A stretch of 64,000 nucleotides of DNA from Mobula hypostoma (taxonomy: Eukaryota), in the NCBI RefSeq assembly GCF_963921235.1, contig NC_086108.1, forward strand, positions 90,832,001 through 90,896,000, read 5' to 3'. Position 1 is the stretch's first letter. Every line of letters starts with the position of its first letter. The position numbers were made by a program, and so were the translations under genes. The notes below the pieces were generated by a model. That model saw only the letters and a list, made by a program, of their open reading frames with translations. It was not told the origin of the DNA and did not search any database. Below, one piece after another: positions 12,843 through 25,559 of this stretch.

Positions 12843-14647
12843 CATTAATGTACAGATGTATCTTAAAAAGAAACCACTGAGTGTAGTTTGATACCGTTAT
12901 GGTGAAATACTGAGATTAGTTCTTGTAGATGTTAAAATTAAATAGACTGAAAGATTTTTTTCATATTACTCTGAAATGGGAAGTAAGCTCAAGCAAATTA
13001 TGCCCAGCTTGTACTTTTTCTGTAGCCATGTTTGATAGAATCTGGCAATTGTTACTGTATAGTTCTTTGAATACTTAGCTGAAAGTATATTAAATTCCAA
13101 TTTAACAATGTGATGTGACATAGACTATCAGTCTAGATGCCAAGCATGACCACAAACTAGCTAAGAAGCTGGTTGAAATTATCTGCAGTCCTCTGGTTTC
13201 TGTCTAATGTTGGGCAAATTGAGAACATCAAGCATCTGCAAGCCATAATGCTTTGGCATTTAAATTTTGATCATTTTTATATGACAAAGCTTGTTTCTTC
13301 ATCTACGTACTATAATATGAATTAGTAACATTTCAGAATATGCTTTTGATGAAGTGTGATTTGCCTTGCTTGCATGCAAAGACAAAATGAAATGCTTACC
13401 AGGGGACTTAAATGAGAATCAAAGCTCTGACTGAACATCTGCTTGAAATTTTATTATCCTATCCTACAGACATGGTTACTCCCTAGTCGTGTAAGTAGAT
13501 TGACAGCTGAATGCAGCAGTCATTTCTGGCTCAAGTATGTTCGAGTGAACTTTGCTTTTTTCAGAATTTAGTACATGTTTCTCAGTTCTTTTTGATAAAT
13601 TCGTGACATTTGTATAAGAGAGACTGAATGGGTGGAGAGCCTAATATACTGTTACTGATTATACATGGCCATCTTGCATTGAAATGCCAGCTGGTATCTC
13701 AGTAAACAGAAATGTTATTACACTTTCATTATTTGTGCTCTATGTAAAAGGTGTATGAGTTGTGAAAGGGCTTCTTGGGGATATACTAAGCAGGCTGTCA
13801 AGTAGCAAAAAAAATACTGAAGGAATTGCTTTGTACCAGTAATTTGACCATTGCTGTATTAATTGGTTTAGGTCTCAGAAAAAGTATTATTTCAACTGAA
13901 TAACCAGGATTTAAATGTTACAGATACCTTCAGCCAAATCTTCCTCATATTCAACAAAAAACTAACTACTGATACCTAAAAATTGAGGTGAATCGTTCAA
14001 TTTTGATTTATATTTGGAGGCTTGCTTCTTCACTAAAATATATCTGTGAAAGTTAGGCTTCTGAAAATATGGACTGCTAAATGTCTGCTAAAGTGCAGTC
14101 ATCAAAAATGAAAAGTATGGCAACGGTGTAGAATAAATATGAAAGATGAATTGAAGACCCTAACCATGGTTGAATGAAAGAAGAGTGAACGTTTAGCAGA
14201 GCAGCACTGACTGAGTATTATGGCCTATTCTATATAAGGCATTGCATCACAAGGTTAGAGTGTCTAGACTTTCAGACATTGTTCATTATCACAAGCATTT
14301 GTTTAGGTTCAGCTCAGATACTGTGCCACATGCTTATCAATGGAATCCTGCAGGATAAGTCAGTCATCCCAGCTTTCAGCTTGACTGATTTAATGCTGCA
14401 GTTGTGTTTATGTGGTATCCTACGTAGCAGCTGAATCCTTGCGCTTCCTGAGCTGAATGCAGTCGATGATTCCAAAGGAACTGTGGCATTTACCTCTCCC
14501 AGGTTAGTACAACCTGGACTTAAGTAGGCTAGAGTAAGTACGTCAGGATGAACTGTCATCCTCTATTTCTGGACATCCATGTGAATCCAAAGGCAAAACG
14601 TATAATCGGGGGATTCCCAGCGTTCCAACGTGCAATCTGCTATTGTG

Positions 14648-14695
14648 ATGTCACATGATACCTGTATGCTCAGCCTAGAGTCTGAGGAAAGAAAG
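14648..14695 (+). other. Speculative first coding exon (MSHDTCMLSLESEERK)
   Basis: ATG with an upstream in-frame stop, 16 codons, donor AAG|GTAATT, then T-rich sequence; lies in a TE-poor island; peptide not recognised. Confidence 0.2.
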
Positions 14696-15829
14696 GTAAT
14701 TACATTTTACCTTATTTTAGTAATTTATTTGTTTAATCTATTTTTATTTAGAGTTTAGTTTTATTTCATATCACTTGGTTTCTCTGAAAATGGAAATGAT
14801 GCCTGCCCCATCCTTCATGCCAAGAACTGAAGGGTGTTTTCGGAGGGTGGGGGCTGGCTGAGCCCTGAATGCCCAACCCTAAGACTGGGGTTTGGGGGAC
14901 CAAGATACTTGGACCCTGCATTGCACATTTTTATTCTTTCTCTAATGGAAGTTAATACCAGGAATATAATGAACAGTGAAAAGACGTTTTCTCTCATTAA
15001 TCTACAAATATACCTGTTCTTATTTGTAGAAAATGAAATCCTTTTTCCACTATTGAAAATAAATCATGATTCATCTATTCACCCCATTTAGAGACTTAAT
15101 TTCTTAAAAAGTTCTCAGAATCTCCTTGATCTACTTAATGGACATTGTATCCACTTTACATGAGGAAGGTGTCACTTCCTGATGCAATTGAGTAGCACTG
15201 TGTATTGTTCTCTCCACAATCCATTGGATCAACTCTTGGAATACAATCTTGATTGTATAACTCTTTGATATTATGTTGTATGTCTCCCAAAGGAATTAAG
15301 TGATTTATGTGTATAGAGTTCTGATTGTATTTCATTTTTTTACACAAGGATGTTCTGCATACTTCAACCATCACTCCAGAATGCCTTTTCTGAATATTGG
15401 GTGCTATTAACACACACATTATTCCATACTGTTAATATAATCATCTTCATGAGTTGAACTTTAATTTTGTTTCTGTCTCAAATGCTTCTTTTCTATTCTT
15501 CCCAAAAGATTTGTCTTAAGTAAACTCAAATGATTTTCAAGTCTTTTACATAGATAACTGTAAGTCTTTTGTGCAATGTGCTTTTGTTGTGTAGTTTAGC
15601 AATAATTAGAAATTGACATCTCATCAATAAAACTGAGCACTCTTGTAATACCTGTTCCTTTTATAACTCTTACCTACCTCTGTGCCTCATCATTTACAGA
15701 GGATAGAATAACTGTGCGTTGAATACCATGCGCCAAAAGGCTCACACATCCAATATAGCCAGTTTAAATGTGAACAGCCTTTTTGTACTCTTCTTGTGAT
15801 ACCACGCACAACAAAATGCTCACTTGGAG

Positions 15830-16780
15830 ACTACACTTTATGCAAATCGGAAGTAACATCTCCTTCTCACTGATAATCAGTTCTGACACACCTCAAGGAT
15901 GCAGGTTTAGCCGCTGCTCTACCCTCTCTATACTCCCGGTTATGTGACGGGGCTTAGCTCAAGCGGCATCTATGAATTTGCAGATGATACAACTATTGTT
16001 GGCAGAATATCAGATGGTGATGAGGAAGTGTACAGAAGCGAGATAGATGAGTTTCTTGAGTGGTGTTGCTGCAATAACCTTGCACTCAATGTCGGTAAGA
16101 CTAAGGAATTGATTGTGCATTTCAGGAAGGGGAAGCTGAGTGAACACTCACCAGTCTTTATCGAGGGATCAGCAGTGGAAAGGGTGAGCAGTTTCAAGTT
16201 CCTGTGTGTTAACATCTCTGAGGATCTATCCTAAGCCCAGTTTATTGATGCAGTTACAAAGAAGGTGTGACAGAACCTATATTTCATTAGGAGTTGAGAA
16301 GAATTGGTTTGTCACCAAAAGCACTGGCAAATTTCTACAGACATACCATGGAGAGCATTCTAATGGCTGCATCCCCATCTGGTAAAGTGGGGCTACTGCA
16401 CAGGATTGGAAAGAGCTGCAAAAAGTTGAAAACTCAGCCAGCTCCATCATGGGCACTAGCCTCCCCATCATCTAGAACAACTTTAAAAGGCGATGCCTCA
16501 AAATGGTGCCATCCATCATTCTCGACCACCATCACATAGGATATGCACTCTTCTCATTGCTACCATCAAGAACAAGGTACAGAGCTCGAAGACTTATGTT
16601 CAGTGTTTCAGGAACAGTTTCTTCTACTCGGCCATCATATTTCTGAATAGACAATGAATCTATGAACACCACCTCTATTTTTCCCTCTCTTTATGCAATA
16701 TTAATTTATTTTTCTAAATATATACTTAATTGTAATTTACAGTATTTATTATAATTAGATTAAACCTGATCCTGATTCCC
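15830..16780 (+). mobile_element. Rex1/Babar LINE 3' fragment
   Basis: ORF 15944-16234 EFADDTTIVGRISDGDE...NLALNVGKTKELIVHFR. Confidence 0.9.
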
Positions 16781-16789
16781 ATTCTGAAA

Positions 16790-17790
16790 CATTGAAGTTC
16801 AAAGTAACTTTATTATCAAGGTACATATTTGTCACCATATGTTATCCTGAGATTCATGTTCCTGCAAGCATTCGCAATAGGACAAAGAAATTGAATCAGT
16901 GATAAATTACAAAGACTGCCAAACAACCAATGTGAAAAAGAAGACAAACTATGCAAATAAACAAATGATAATAATAATATTTAAGTTCAACCTCATAAAA
17001 AAGTCATACCTTACTATAAATACAAGACTGATTTGGTATTTGAGTCAGAATCCCACAAATTATCTTACGACCAATCCATTATTACAGATAGAACAATCAA
17101 TAATGACTGTCCTGATAGCATAATACAAGATACACAAGAAAGAACAACTTACTTAATAGATATAGCCATTCCAAGCACACACAACTTACAGAAACCAGGA
17201 AGTGGAAAACACCAGAAATACACTGAATTGAAAAACTTTGGAACATGAACAGGGTGTACATTGTTCCGATGGTAATATCTACAACTGGAATCATCCCAAA
17301 GGCACAACACAATAGCATTAAACAATTAGGTCTACACAGCAATACAGTATCTACGTAAATCTTCAGAAAGCCACAATACTAAATGCCACTAGAATAGTCT
17401 GAAAGTTCCTAGCAATTGAGAAATGAGCATGCTTGGCTATTGCCCATACCTTAGGTTTTACCAGCCGAGCTGAGAGAGAAAAAAAATAAACAAACAAACA
17501 ATACTGAAAACATGAGTTGTAGTGTCCTTGAAAGTGAATCCATGGACTGTTGACCCTGATGGTTCCTGAACCTAGTGGTGCAGAAGCTAACGCTCCTGCA
17601 CCTCATCCCCAATGGCAGCAGTGAGAAGAGAACATGGCCTGGATGGTGGGGCTCCTTGAAGATGGATGCTGCTTTACTCTGGCAGCCTTGGGTGTAGTTG
17701 TGCTCACTAGTGGGAAGGGTGTCTCTTGTGATGGACTGGGCTGTATTCACTACTACTTGTCGATTTTTCCATTCTTGGGTACAGCAGAAT
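16790..17790 (-). mobile_element. Rex1/Babar 3' end split by the Dong-like insertion
   Basis: ORF 17451-17801 KAASIFKEPHHPGHVLFSLLPLG; 3'UTR similar to 50450-50920. Confidence 0.8.
16981..17478 (+). mobile_element. R4/Dong-clade non-LTR retrotransposon 3' fragment (restriction-like endonuclease)
   Basis: ITDRTINNDCPD..LIDIAIP..KHQKYTEL, then VPMVISTTGIIPK and LQKATILNATRIV; starts directly after a (TAA)n run. Confidence 0.8.
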
Positions 17791-18027
17791 ATATGTTGCA
17801 CCTAGTTAATTTAATATCTGCATCCTGTGACTACTAAACTAGTTTGAGGCCTTGCTTAAGACATTTCTATACTATTGGACTTGCCAAAGCCTCCTTCTTA
17901 CAGACTGTACGCACACTTGAAGTTACATCATTGTATTTATTCAGTTAAGCTCTCCCCCCGAACATTTTTGCTAGTCCTTACCAAAATTCTCTCATATGTA
18001 CATACATTACAGAATAGCTGAGCACAG

Positions 18028-18253
18028 GGGGTGGTGAATCTGTGGAATTCATTGCCACAGATGTCTGTGGAGACCAAGTCAATGGGTATATTCAGAGTGG
18101 AGGTTAGTAGGTTCTTGATTAGTCAGGGTGTCAAAGGTTATGGGAAGAAGACAGGAGATGGGGTTGAGAGATCATAAATCAGCCATGAAGGGATGGCATA
18201 CCTGACTCAATGGGCTGAATGGCCCCATTTTGCTCCTATGTCTTTTGCTCTTA
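18028..18253 (+). mobile_element. CR1 3' end
   Basis: gtggtgaatctgtggaattc...gctcctatgtctt, same as other CR1 tails. Confidence 0.8.
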
Positions 18254-18264
18254 CGGGAATTAAA

Positions 18265-18365
18265 AGCAACATACACAAAATGCTGGAGGAACTCATCATG
18301 TCATGCAACATCTATGAAGGGGAATAAACAGTTGATGTTTCGGGCTGGGACTTCCATCAGGAACT
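18265..18365 (-). mobile_element. PLE terminal-repeat fragment
   Basis: Reverse complement cCTGATGGaagtcccagcccGAAAcatcaactg. Confidence 0.7.
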
Positions 18366-18630
18366 AACAATTCCTCCGGGTACATGATCTGATTAACCAT
18401 CTTGCACCTATAGCCATCATTACGCAATTAATATGCCATTGTAATAAAATTATGCACAATACCTGGGGAGTGTATACATTTCTGTCATTTTAACGAAGTT
18501 AATTATGACATTTCTTTGAAAGGAATGGAGAAAAAAGTAGGTTTTGTCTGTTGGCACCCTCACATGGTCTTATTAATGAGCTTAAATAAATGCAACCTAG
18601 AGTGATGGGAAGCAATATTGCCAACTGGAA

Positions 18631-18838
18631 ACAACAGGAATTCTGCAGATGCTGGAAATTCAAGCAACATACATCAAAGTTGCTGGTGAACGCAGCAGGC
18701 CAAGCAGCATCTATAGGAAGAGGTGCAGTCGATGTTTCGGGCCGAAGTCCTGACGAAGGGTCTGAAACGTCGACTGCACCTCTTCCTATAGATGCTGCTT
18801 GGCCTGCTGCGTTCACCAGCAACTTTGATGTATGTTGC
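18631..18838. mobile_element. Palindromic PLE-derived mini-element with hammerhead core
   Basis: 75-bp arms 18664-18738 and 18764-18838 (1 mismatch); flanking direct repeat ttgccaactggaa at 18618-18630 and 18835-18847. Confidence 0.9.
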
Positions 18839-18994
18839 CAACTGGAACTTTACATTGTACCAGAATGAATGTGGGTCAAGTTATAATAATGTTGATCTGG
18901 ACAGAAATATGATAATGATGATGATCCTACAATGCAGGACTACTAGCTTGTATGGAATTATTTAAATCCAGTAAACAACAGACATCCAAGAGGA

Positions 18995-19260
18995 CCACAG
19001 ACCTGTTGTAGTTTGGAGGCTTGCATGCCTCGATGACCTGGAGAGCTATTTTGGTTGAAGTCAGGGCTTTACGCTTTGGCTCTTGGTAGGGTCACCCATG
19101 TAAAATAGGTCAAAGGGTAGAGGCCAGGCTAGGAGTGGTCCACTGGTCCTGCAGGTTCAGGGGTTCAGCTGATGGCTAACAACCCTGATTGGTAAAATAA
19201 GATTGTTACGGAAACAGCAATGAAAAATACTTCTGCATCTGAATGGCCAAGGGCAGGCAT
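18995..19260 (+). mobile_element. Probable RTE-type 5'UTR remnant
   Basis: ggtagggtcacccatg...ggtcc..caggtt.ggggtt...ggctaacaacc...gttacggaaac resembles RTE/Expander leaders; recognition only. Confidence 0.45.
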
Positions 19261-19667
19261 AATGGGCAGTAAGTAAGTAATACAACAGACACTAAAGGCA
19301 TTGTATACTGTGCAGAGAGAAAGAGAGAGGAATATCGTAACGCTCAGGGCTCCTGGTCACTGTCACTTCTTTCTAATTGACGAGTTTGAAATTGTGAAGC
19401 ATCTACTGTATTTGTTTTATCTGCTCAGCTGTGTATTTTTGGGTTCATCTTTTTCTGGAATCAAAGTGCGAAGATATATTTTGAGTGACGTTTTATTATA
19501 CCATGCATATGATTACTGTATGTCACAGCATTTCACAAGATATTGTCAATTTATATTTTCATATGAGCTACTTATTCATTTGACCTACTAATGTGCAGCT
19601 CTCAGAGCTAAGGGAGCAACAATAGTGATTAATTACAGAGAAATTGGAAAGCAGGCTATGATTTGGA

Positions 19668-19832
19668 ACAACACACACAAAACTCAGCAAGTCAATGAGC
19701 CCTGATGAAGAGTGTTTGCCTGAAACATCAGTCATTTATTCCTCTCCATAGATGCTGCCTGATTTGCTGACTTCTTGCAGCCTTTTGTGTCTGATGCTCA
19801 AGATTCCCAGCATCAGCAGAATTCCTTGTGTC
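19668..19832 (+). mobile_element. PLE terminal-repeat fragment
   Basis: cCTGATGAagagtgtttgcctGAAAcatc...atagatgctgcctgatttgctga. Confidence 0.75.
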
Positions 19833-19852
19833 TATGATCTGGAAGCTAGTTG

Positions 19853-21240
19853 ATCAGCACAGGTCTTTATTAATCAGCCAGGTGCCCCATCTGAGCTGGG
19901 TGCTTTTCCTGGGTTCACCCTCCTGAAGCCTGCTCTCGTCAGCCTCAGAGACTGAAATCACAAGATCATCGTGGGCTGTGAGATTTTGCGATGATCCCCC
20001 CGTGTTTTGGTGGCTAAAGCGAGCACAGAAGGCATTGAGCTCATCTGGAAGCGAAGCCCTGCTGTTGCCTATGTCGCTTAATTTTACTCTGTAAGAGGCG
20101 ATAACATACAAGCCCTGCCACAACTGTTGAACATCCTTCATTGGTTCAAGTTTATTCCGGAATTGCTAGTTCGCCCAAGGGATGGCTTTCCGGAGATCAT
20201 ACTTGGACCACTTGTAACTTTCTTGTCACCAGACTTGAACGCCTCTGACCTGGCCCTCAGCAGATTGTAGATCTCATGGTTCATCCTGAGCTGCTTCTTG
20301 GGCAAGACTGTATGATTTTGTGGGGGCACACTTGTCTACACCTGTTTTAACACAACCATAGTGTAATCATTCAGATCCGCAGCTGAAACATTGAACATGG
20401 CCCAGTCCACTGACTTGAAACAATCCTGTAGCTGCTCTACTGCCTCCCACAACTACCTCTTTGTTGTCCTAATCTCTGGTGCTTTGCTCTTTAGCATCTG
20501 CTTGTATGCAAGCAGGAGGACAGCCAAGTGATCAGATTTCCTGAAATGCGGTCTGGACATGGAATGGTAGGCATTCCTTTACTTGTGGTCTAGTAAAGTG
20601 GTCTAGTACCTTTGGGTACTATAGGTTATATGCTGATGGTAGTTAGGCAGGGATTTTTACAAACTGGCCTGGAGGAAGTTTCTGACTCTGATTTGAAATG
20701 CATTGGAATGGACTGTTTCTTGTGCAGGGAATACATCATGCAGTATCTCAGGTGACAGATTTTAGTTCGCCACTGGTTTTATGTAAATTTTGGTCAGGAT
20801 AATGGAGGAGAACTCACTCGGTAAATAGAACGGATGACATTTAACCATTAGGTGTTCAAGGTCTGAGTAACACAAGTTCAACAAAACCAATACTGAGATT
20901 TTATCATGAAACACACACCTCTACCTTTTGCCTTTTTCTAATCAGCAGTTCGGTTCAGAATCAAGAAGCCTTTGGGATTGATCGCCATATCTGGCAAGCT
21001 GGGAGTAAGCCATGTCTTGATTACATATGTAACACAACAATCTCTCATTTCCTTCTGATACGGCAATCTTGCCCTCAGATCCTCAATTTTGTTTCCTAGC
21101 AACTGCACATTTGCTGACAAGATGCTGGGTAGAGGGGGTCTCATTCCTCTGTTTTTCAGCCTGGTTTGGAGTTCCCCACCCCTTCCTGCCTCACTTCCAG
21201 CCGTGGCAATGATGTATGTACGCTTAAAGCTGTTGCACCT
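19853..21240 (-). mobile_element. Rex1/Babar LINE 5' part (APE endonuclease region)
   Basis: RPPLPSILSANVQLLGNKIEDLRAR..RDCCV..TWL, FRKSDHLAVL, SLPDELNAFCARF. Confidence 0.85.
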
Positions 21241-21382
21241 GCTTGAGAGTTAAGTCCACCGAGTCCTTCAGAAGAAAAAAATCTGAGGTTCATGAAGCAA
21301 ATTTAAAAGTACATTACTTAAAGGAAAACTACATGCTGTAGATTGCAATGAATGTAATTTAAAAAAAGATATACGTCTAGAT

Positions 21383-21463
21383 CAAGTGTCCCTAACCATT
21401 TTTCATGGCGTGGACCAATACCATTAAGCAAGGGGTGCCTGGGTCCCAGGTTGGGAATCCCTA
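21383..21463. mobile_element. 81-bp hAT/Charlie-like MITE
   Basis: Degenerate TIRs; 8-bp flanks GTCTAGAT (21375-82) and GCTTAGAT (21464-71); related reverse copy near 54898-54972. Confidence 0.65.
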
Positions 21464-24400
21464 GCTTAGATGTTGCAGTGTTGATATAAACCCAAGTCCT
21501 TCCTTCAAAAAATGACCTTTATAATGACCTGAATCTTAAAGCTGTCAGACTAATGTCTTTCTTACATCCCAGTGGAGGCATCCAGCGTGATGTGCCTTTG
21601 TTCTTTAGCTGCACCTCCTTGGCAGGCATCTTAATTCTTTGTCCATACTAAAGTCACTTCGACTATTAGTCATCAGACCCTAATCCTACTCCCCCAGGAT
21701 ACATCTCTGATGAGAAGAGTATTCTGCACATCCCAGAAATCTCTTTCTATCCCTTAGCCTATATTTCTAGCCTTCAGGTAACTTATACATGTAGCATGTT
21801 CCAGGTCAAGTTCACGGCTCTGAGCATTTAAAAGATAAATAATCCCAGCAACAGTGACCTTCCAGCAGAAGAAGAGCTGATTAGCAGCCAGTTCTTTTCA
21901 ACTGTTCTGCCAGGCAAGCAGCTATCCAGTGCTCCATTCCTCTTCCCTCTTCCCACACAGTAGGTGAACACAAGATGGTGTGGGTGTCTGTCAACATTAT
22001 GCAGATTGCCTCCAGCAAGATCAAGAACTTGGATCACCCGACGGGGTGGGAGGGGGGAGGCAGTTGGCAGTATCGATCCTGCAGAAGCAGCATAGGATTG
22101 TGCGCATTTAGGTCTAGAATTTCTAGCTGTCAGTTAATAAATGAACTGCCTGAAGAGTGTGAAAAAAAATTAACTACGCTTGTTTCTGGTTGTGGATTTT
22201 ATTTCTTGCTTCCTTTAACTAATTTGGATTTCACAGGAAAATTGCATTCACCTGACAATCCAATATGGATTTCTTTGCTACAATAAGGAAAAAAATCCTG
22301 AAATAAATATATACATTCAAAGAGGGAGCAAAGCACTAGATGGTTCATATTTCTAAAGGCTTTGAAGTTAGTAGAGCTATTATGCCATTTTAAAATATAT
22401 TAACTTGATTAGAAACCCATATTGGAAAGCAAGCATTGGAAATGCATCTGTTATCAAATTATTACCTAGACTAAATATATCAAAACCGCCATAATATTTT
22501 AAAACGTCCTTAATTCTATAATCATTTTATATACATTTTAAATAATAAACAAAATCAAAGTGAATATTTGGGAGGATAAACGAGTTCAGTCGATGGCACT
22601 TCATAAATAGAAAAGTGAGGAAAAGAATTGTATTTTGAAGGTACAGAGATGGGGGAAGAGAATAGGGAATGTCTGTGATAGGATGGAGACTTAGGGTGTC
22701 AATGTGATATCCTTCGTAAGCACTTTTGAAGCTGTACCATTCATGGTTGAATAGGGGCTGTTCGGGAAAGAGGGAAGAGAATGCTGTAACAGTGAAATGC
22801 AGAACACAGTGGTTGCTGATAAATCTGTAACAGAAGATACTGCTGGTAGATCAGGCAGTATCTATGGAGAGTAGTATAGGTTATCTAGGCTAGAGTATCA
22901 ACCAAATAACTTTAGGGTAGCAAGGGAAGGACCAAATATTCATAATCTGGTTTTCTGCCCGCACCCAGCCCTGACTTACAATCCTGATCAAGCAGTAGCT
23001 CCCACTGTTGACTGCCCCGTGAGAAATAGGCTGCAGTGGGACAGTTAAAGAATTCAAATAAATTAATTTTATATGACCATCACAATTGAAAGTCAACTTA
23101 TTGGCCTGAAAGGCATAATACTTTTATAGTCATAGTCATTGCCATACAGCACCACAGAACAGAAGTTATCCCGTTAGCTCATCTAGTACCTGCCGAGCAT
23201 TTACACTACCTAATCCCATCTACATGCACCTGGACAATTGCCCTCCATGTCTCTCCCACCCATGTACTTACCCAAACTTTTACTTAAATGTATTAAGTGT
23301 TTCTTAAATGTATCAAGAATCTGATAGCAATGCATAGAGGCTGTCCTTGAATCTGGTGGTTTGACCATAAGATATAGGAGCAGAATTACGCCATTTGGCC
23401 CATTGGATCTGCTCCACCATTTCATCATGACTGATCCAATTTTCCTCTCAACCCCAATCTCCTGTTTTCACCCTGTATTCCTTCATACCCTGACAAATCA
23501 AGAATCTATCAACCTCTGCCTTAAAAATACATAAAGACTTGGACTTCACAGCTGCTCTGGGAACAAAATTCTTCCTCATCTTCATTCTAAAAGGATAAAA
23601 GGACACTCCTCTATTCTGAATCTTTGTCCTCTGGCCTAAGACTCTCCCACCATAGGAAACATTCTCCCCACATCCACTCTATCGAGGCCTTTTACCATTC
23701 GATAGGTTTCAATGAGGTCACCTCTCATCCTTCTGAACTCCAATGATTACAGGCCCAGAGCCATCAAAAACTCTCAATATGACAAGTCATTCAATCCTGC
23801 AATCATTTTTGTGAACCTCTTTTGAACCCTCTCCAGTTTCAGCACATCCTGTCTAAGATAAAGGGCTAAACCTGCTCACAATACTCCAAGTGAGGCCTCT
23901 CCAGTGCTTTATAAAGTCTCAATATTACATCCTTGCTTTTATATTCTAGTCCCCTTGAAATGAATGCTAAGATTGCATTTACCTTTCTCACCATAGACTC
24001 AAACTGTAAATTAACCTATAAGGAGTCCTGTACGAGGACTCCCAATTCCCTCTGCACCCCAGTTTTTATTTTTGTATTTTCTTTCCATTTTGAAAATAGT
24101 CACCCTTTGATTTCTTCCACCAAAATGCATGACCGAACATTTCCTTACACTGTATCGCATCTGCTATTTCTTTGCCCATTCTCCTAATCTGTCTGTCCTT
24201 CTACCTCCTCAAACCTACCTGCCCCCCACCTACAAACATCTGCAAACTTTACAACAAAGCCATTATTCCATCATCCAAATCATTGACATACAACGTAAAA
24301 AGAATTGGTCCCAACACAGACCCCTGTGGAACACTACTAGCCATCAGCAGCCAGTCAGAAAAGGCTCACTTTATTCCCATTCTTTGGCTCCTGCCAATCA

Positions 24401-25559
24401 GCCACTGCTTTATCCATGCTAGGGTCTTCCCTGTAATACCATGGTGTCGCTCGGAGCTTACTAAGCAGCTCTGTGTTTCAAAAGCCTTCTGAAAATCCAA
24501 GAGCACAACATCAACCAATTCTCCTTTTTCTATCCTGCTTGTTATTTCTTCAAAGAATTCCAACAACTTTGTGAGGCAAGATTTTCCCTTGAGAAAACCA
24601 TGCTGACTACAGCCTATTTTATCATGTGCCTCCAAGTATCGCGAAACCACATCCTTAATAATTGGCTCCAACATTTTCCCAACCACTGAGGCTAGACTAA
24701 CTGGCCACTTCCCACTCTTGAAGAGTGGAGTGACATTTGCAATTTTCCAGTCTTCTGGAACCATTCCAAGATATAGTGATTCTTGAAAGATCATTAATAA
24801 TGCCTCCATGACCTCTTCAGCCATCTCTTTTAGAACTCTGGGGTGTATGCCATTTGGTCCAGGTGAGTTATTTACCTTAGACCTTTCAGTTTTCCAAGAA
24901 TTTTCTCCCTAGTAACTTCACACACTTAATACCTCCTGACACCTGGAACTTCCACCATACTTCTAGTGTCTTCCACAGTGAAGACTGATGCACAAAACTT
25001 ATTCAGTTCATCTGATACTTCATAGCCCCCCATTACTACCTCTCCAGCATAGTTTTCCAGTTGGCCGATATCCACTGTTGCCTCTCTTTAACACTCTATG
25101 TATCTGAAGAAACTTTTGGTATCATCTTTAATATTATTGGCTAGCTTACTTTTGTATTCCATCCTTATCTTCTTAAGGACTTATAAGAACATAAGAAATA
25201 GGAGCAGGAGTAGGCCATCCAGCTCATCGAGGCTGCCCCGCCATTCATTAAGATCATGGCTGATTTGTCCGTAAACTCAGCTCCATCTACCTGCCTTTTC
25301 CACATAACCCTTAATTTCCCTGCTATGTAATAATCTATCTAACTGTACCTTAAATATGTTTAGAGAAGAAGCCTCAACTGCTTCCCTGGGCAGAGAATTT
25401 CACAGATTCACCACTCTCTGGGAAAAACAGTTTCTCCTCATCTCTGTCATAAGTCTTCTCCCCTGGATCTTGAGGCAATGTCCTCCAGTTCTAGTCTCAC
25501 CTACCAATGGAAACAACTTTCCTACTTCTATCTTATCTATCCCTTTCAAAATTTTGTAT

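Larger units (their letters stand above)
11514..12883. mobile_element. Tc1/mariner-like non-autonomous element carrying two later insertions
   Basis: TIR (c)actcagtggccactttattagg...ccactgagtg flanked by TA; body shared with 30655-31180 and 55326-55851. Confidence 0.82.

Noticed and set aside
19120..19190. Possible HDV-like ribozyme in an RTE-type leader (ggctaacaacc)
   Set aside because: I could only form simple hairpins, not the nested double pseudoknot
21880..22290. 103-aa ORF and G-rich run in unique DNA
   Set aside because: No recognisable protein or convincing splice pair; the G-run alone is not evidence of function
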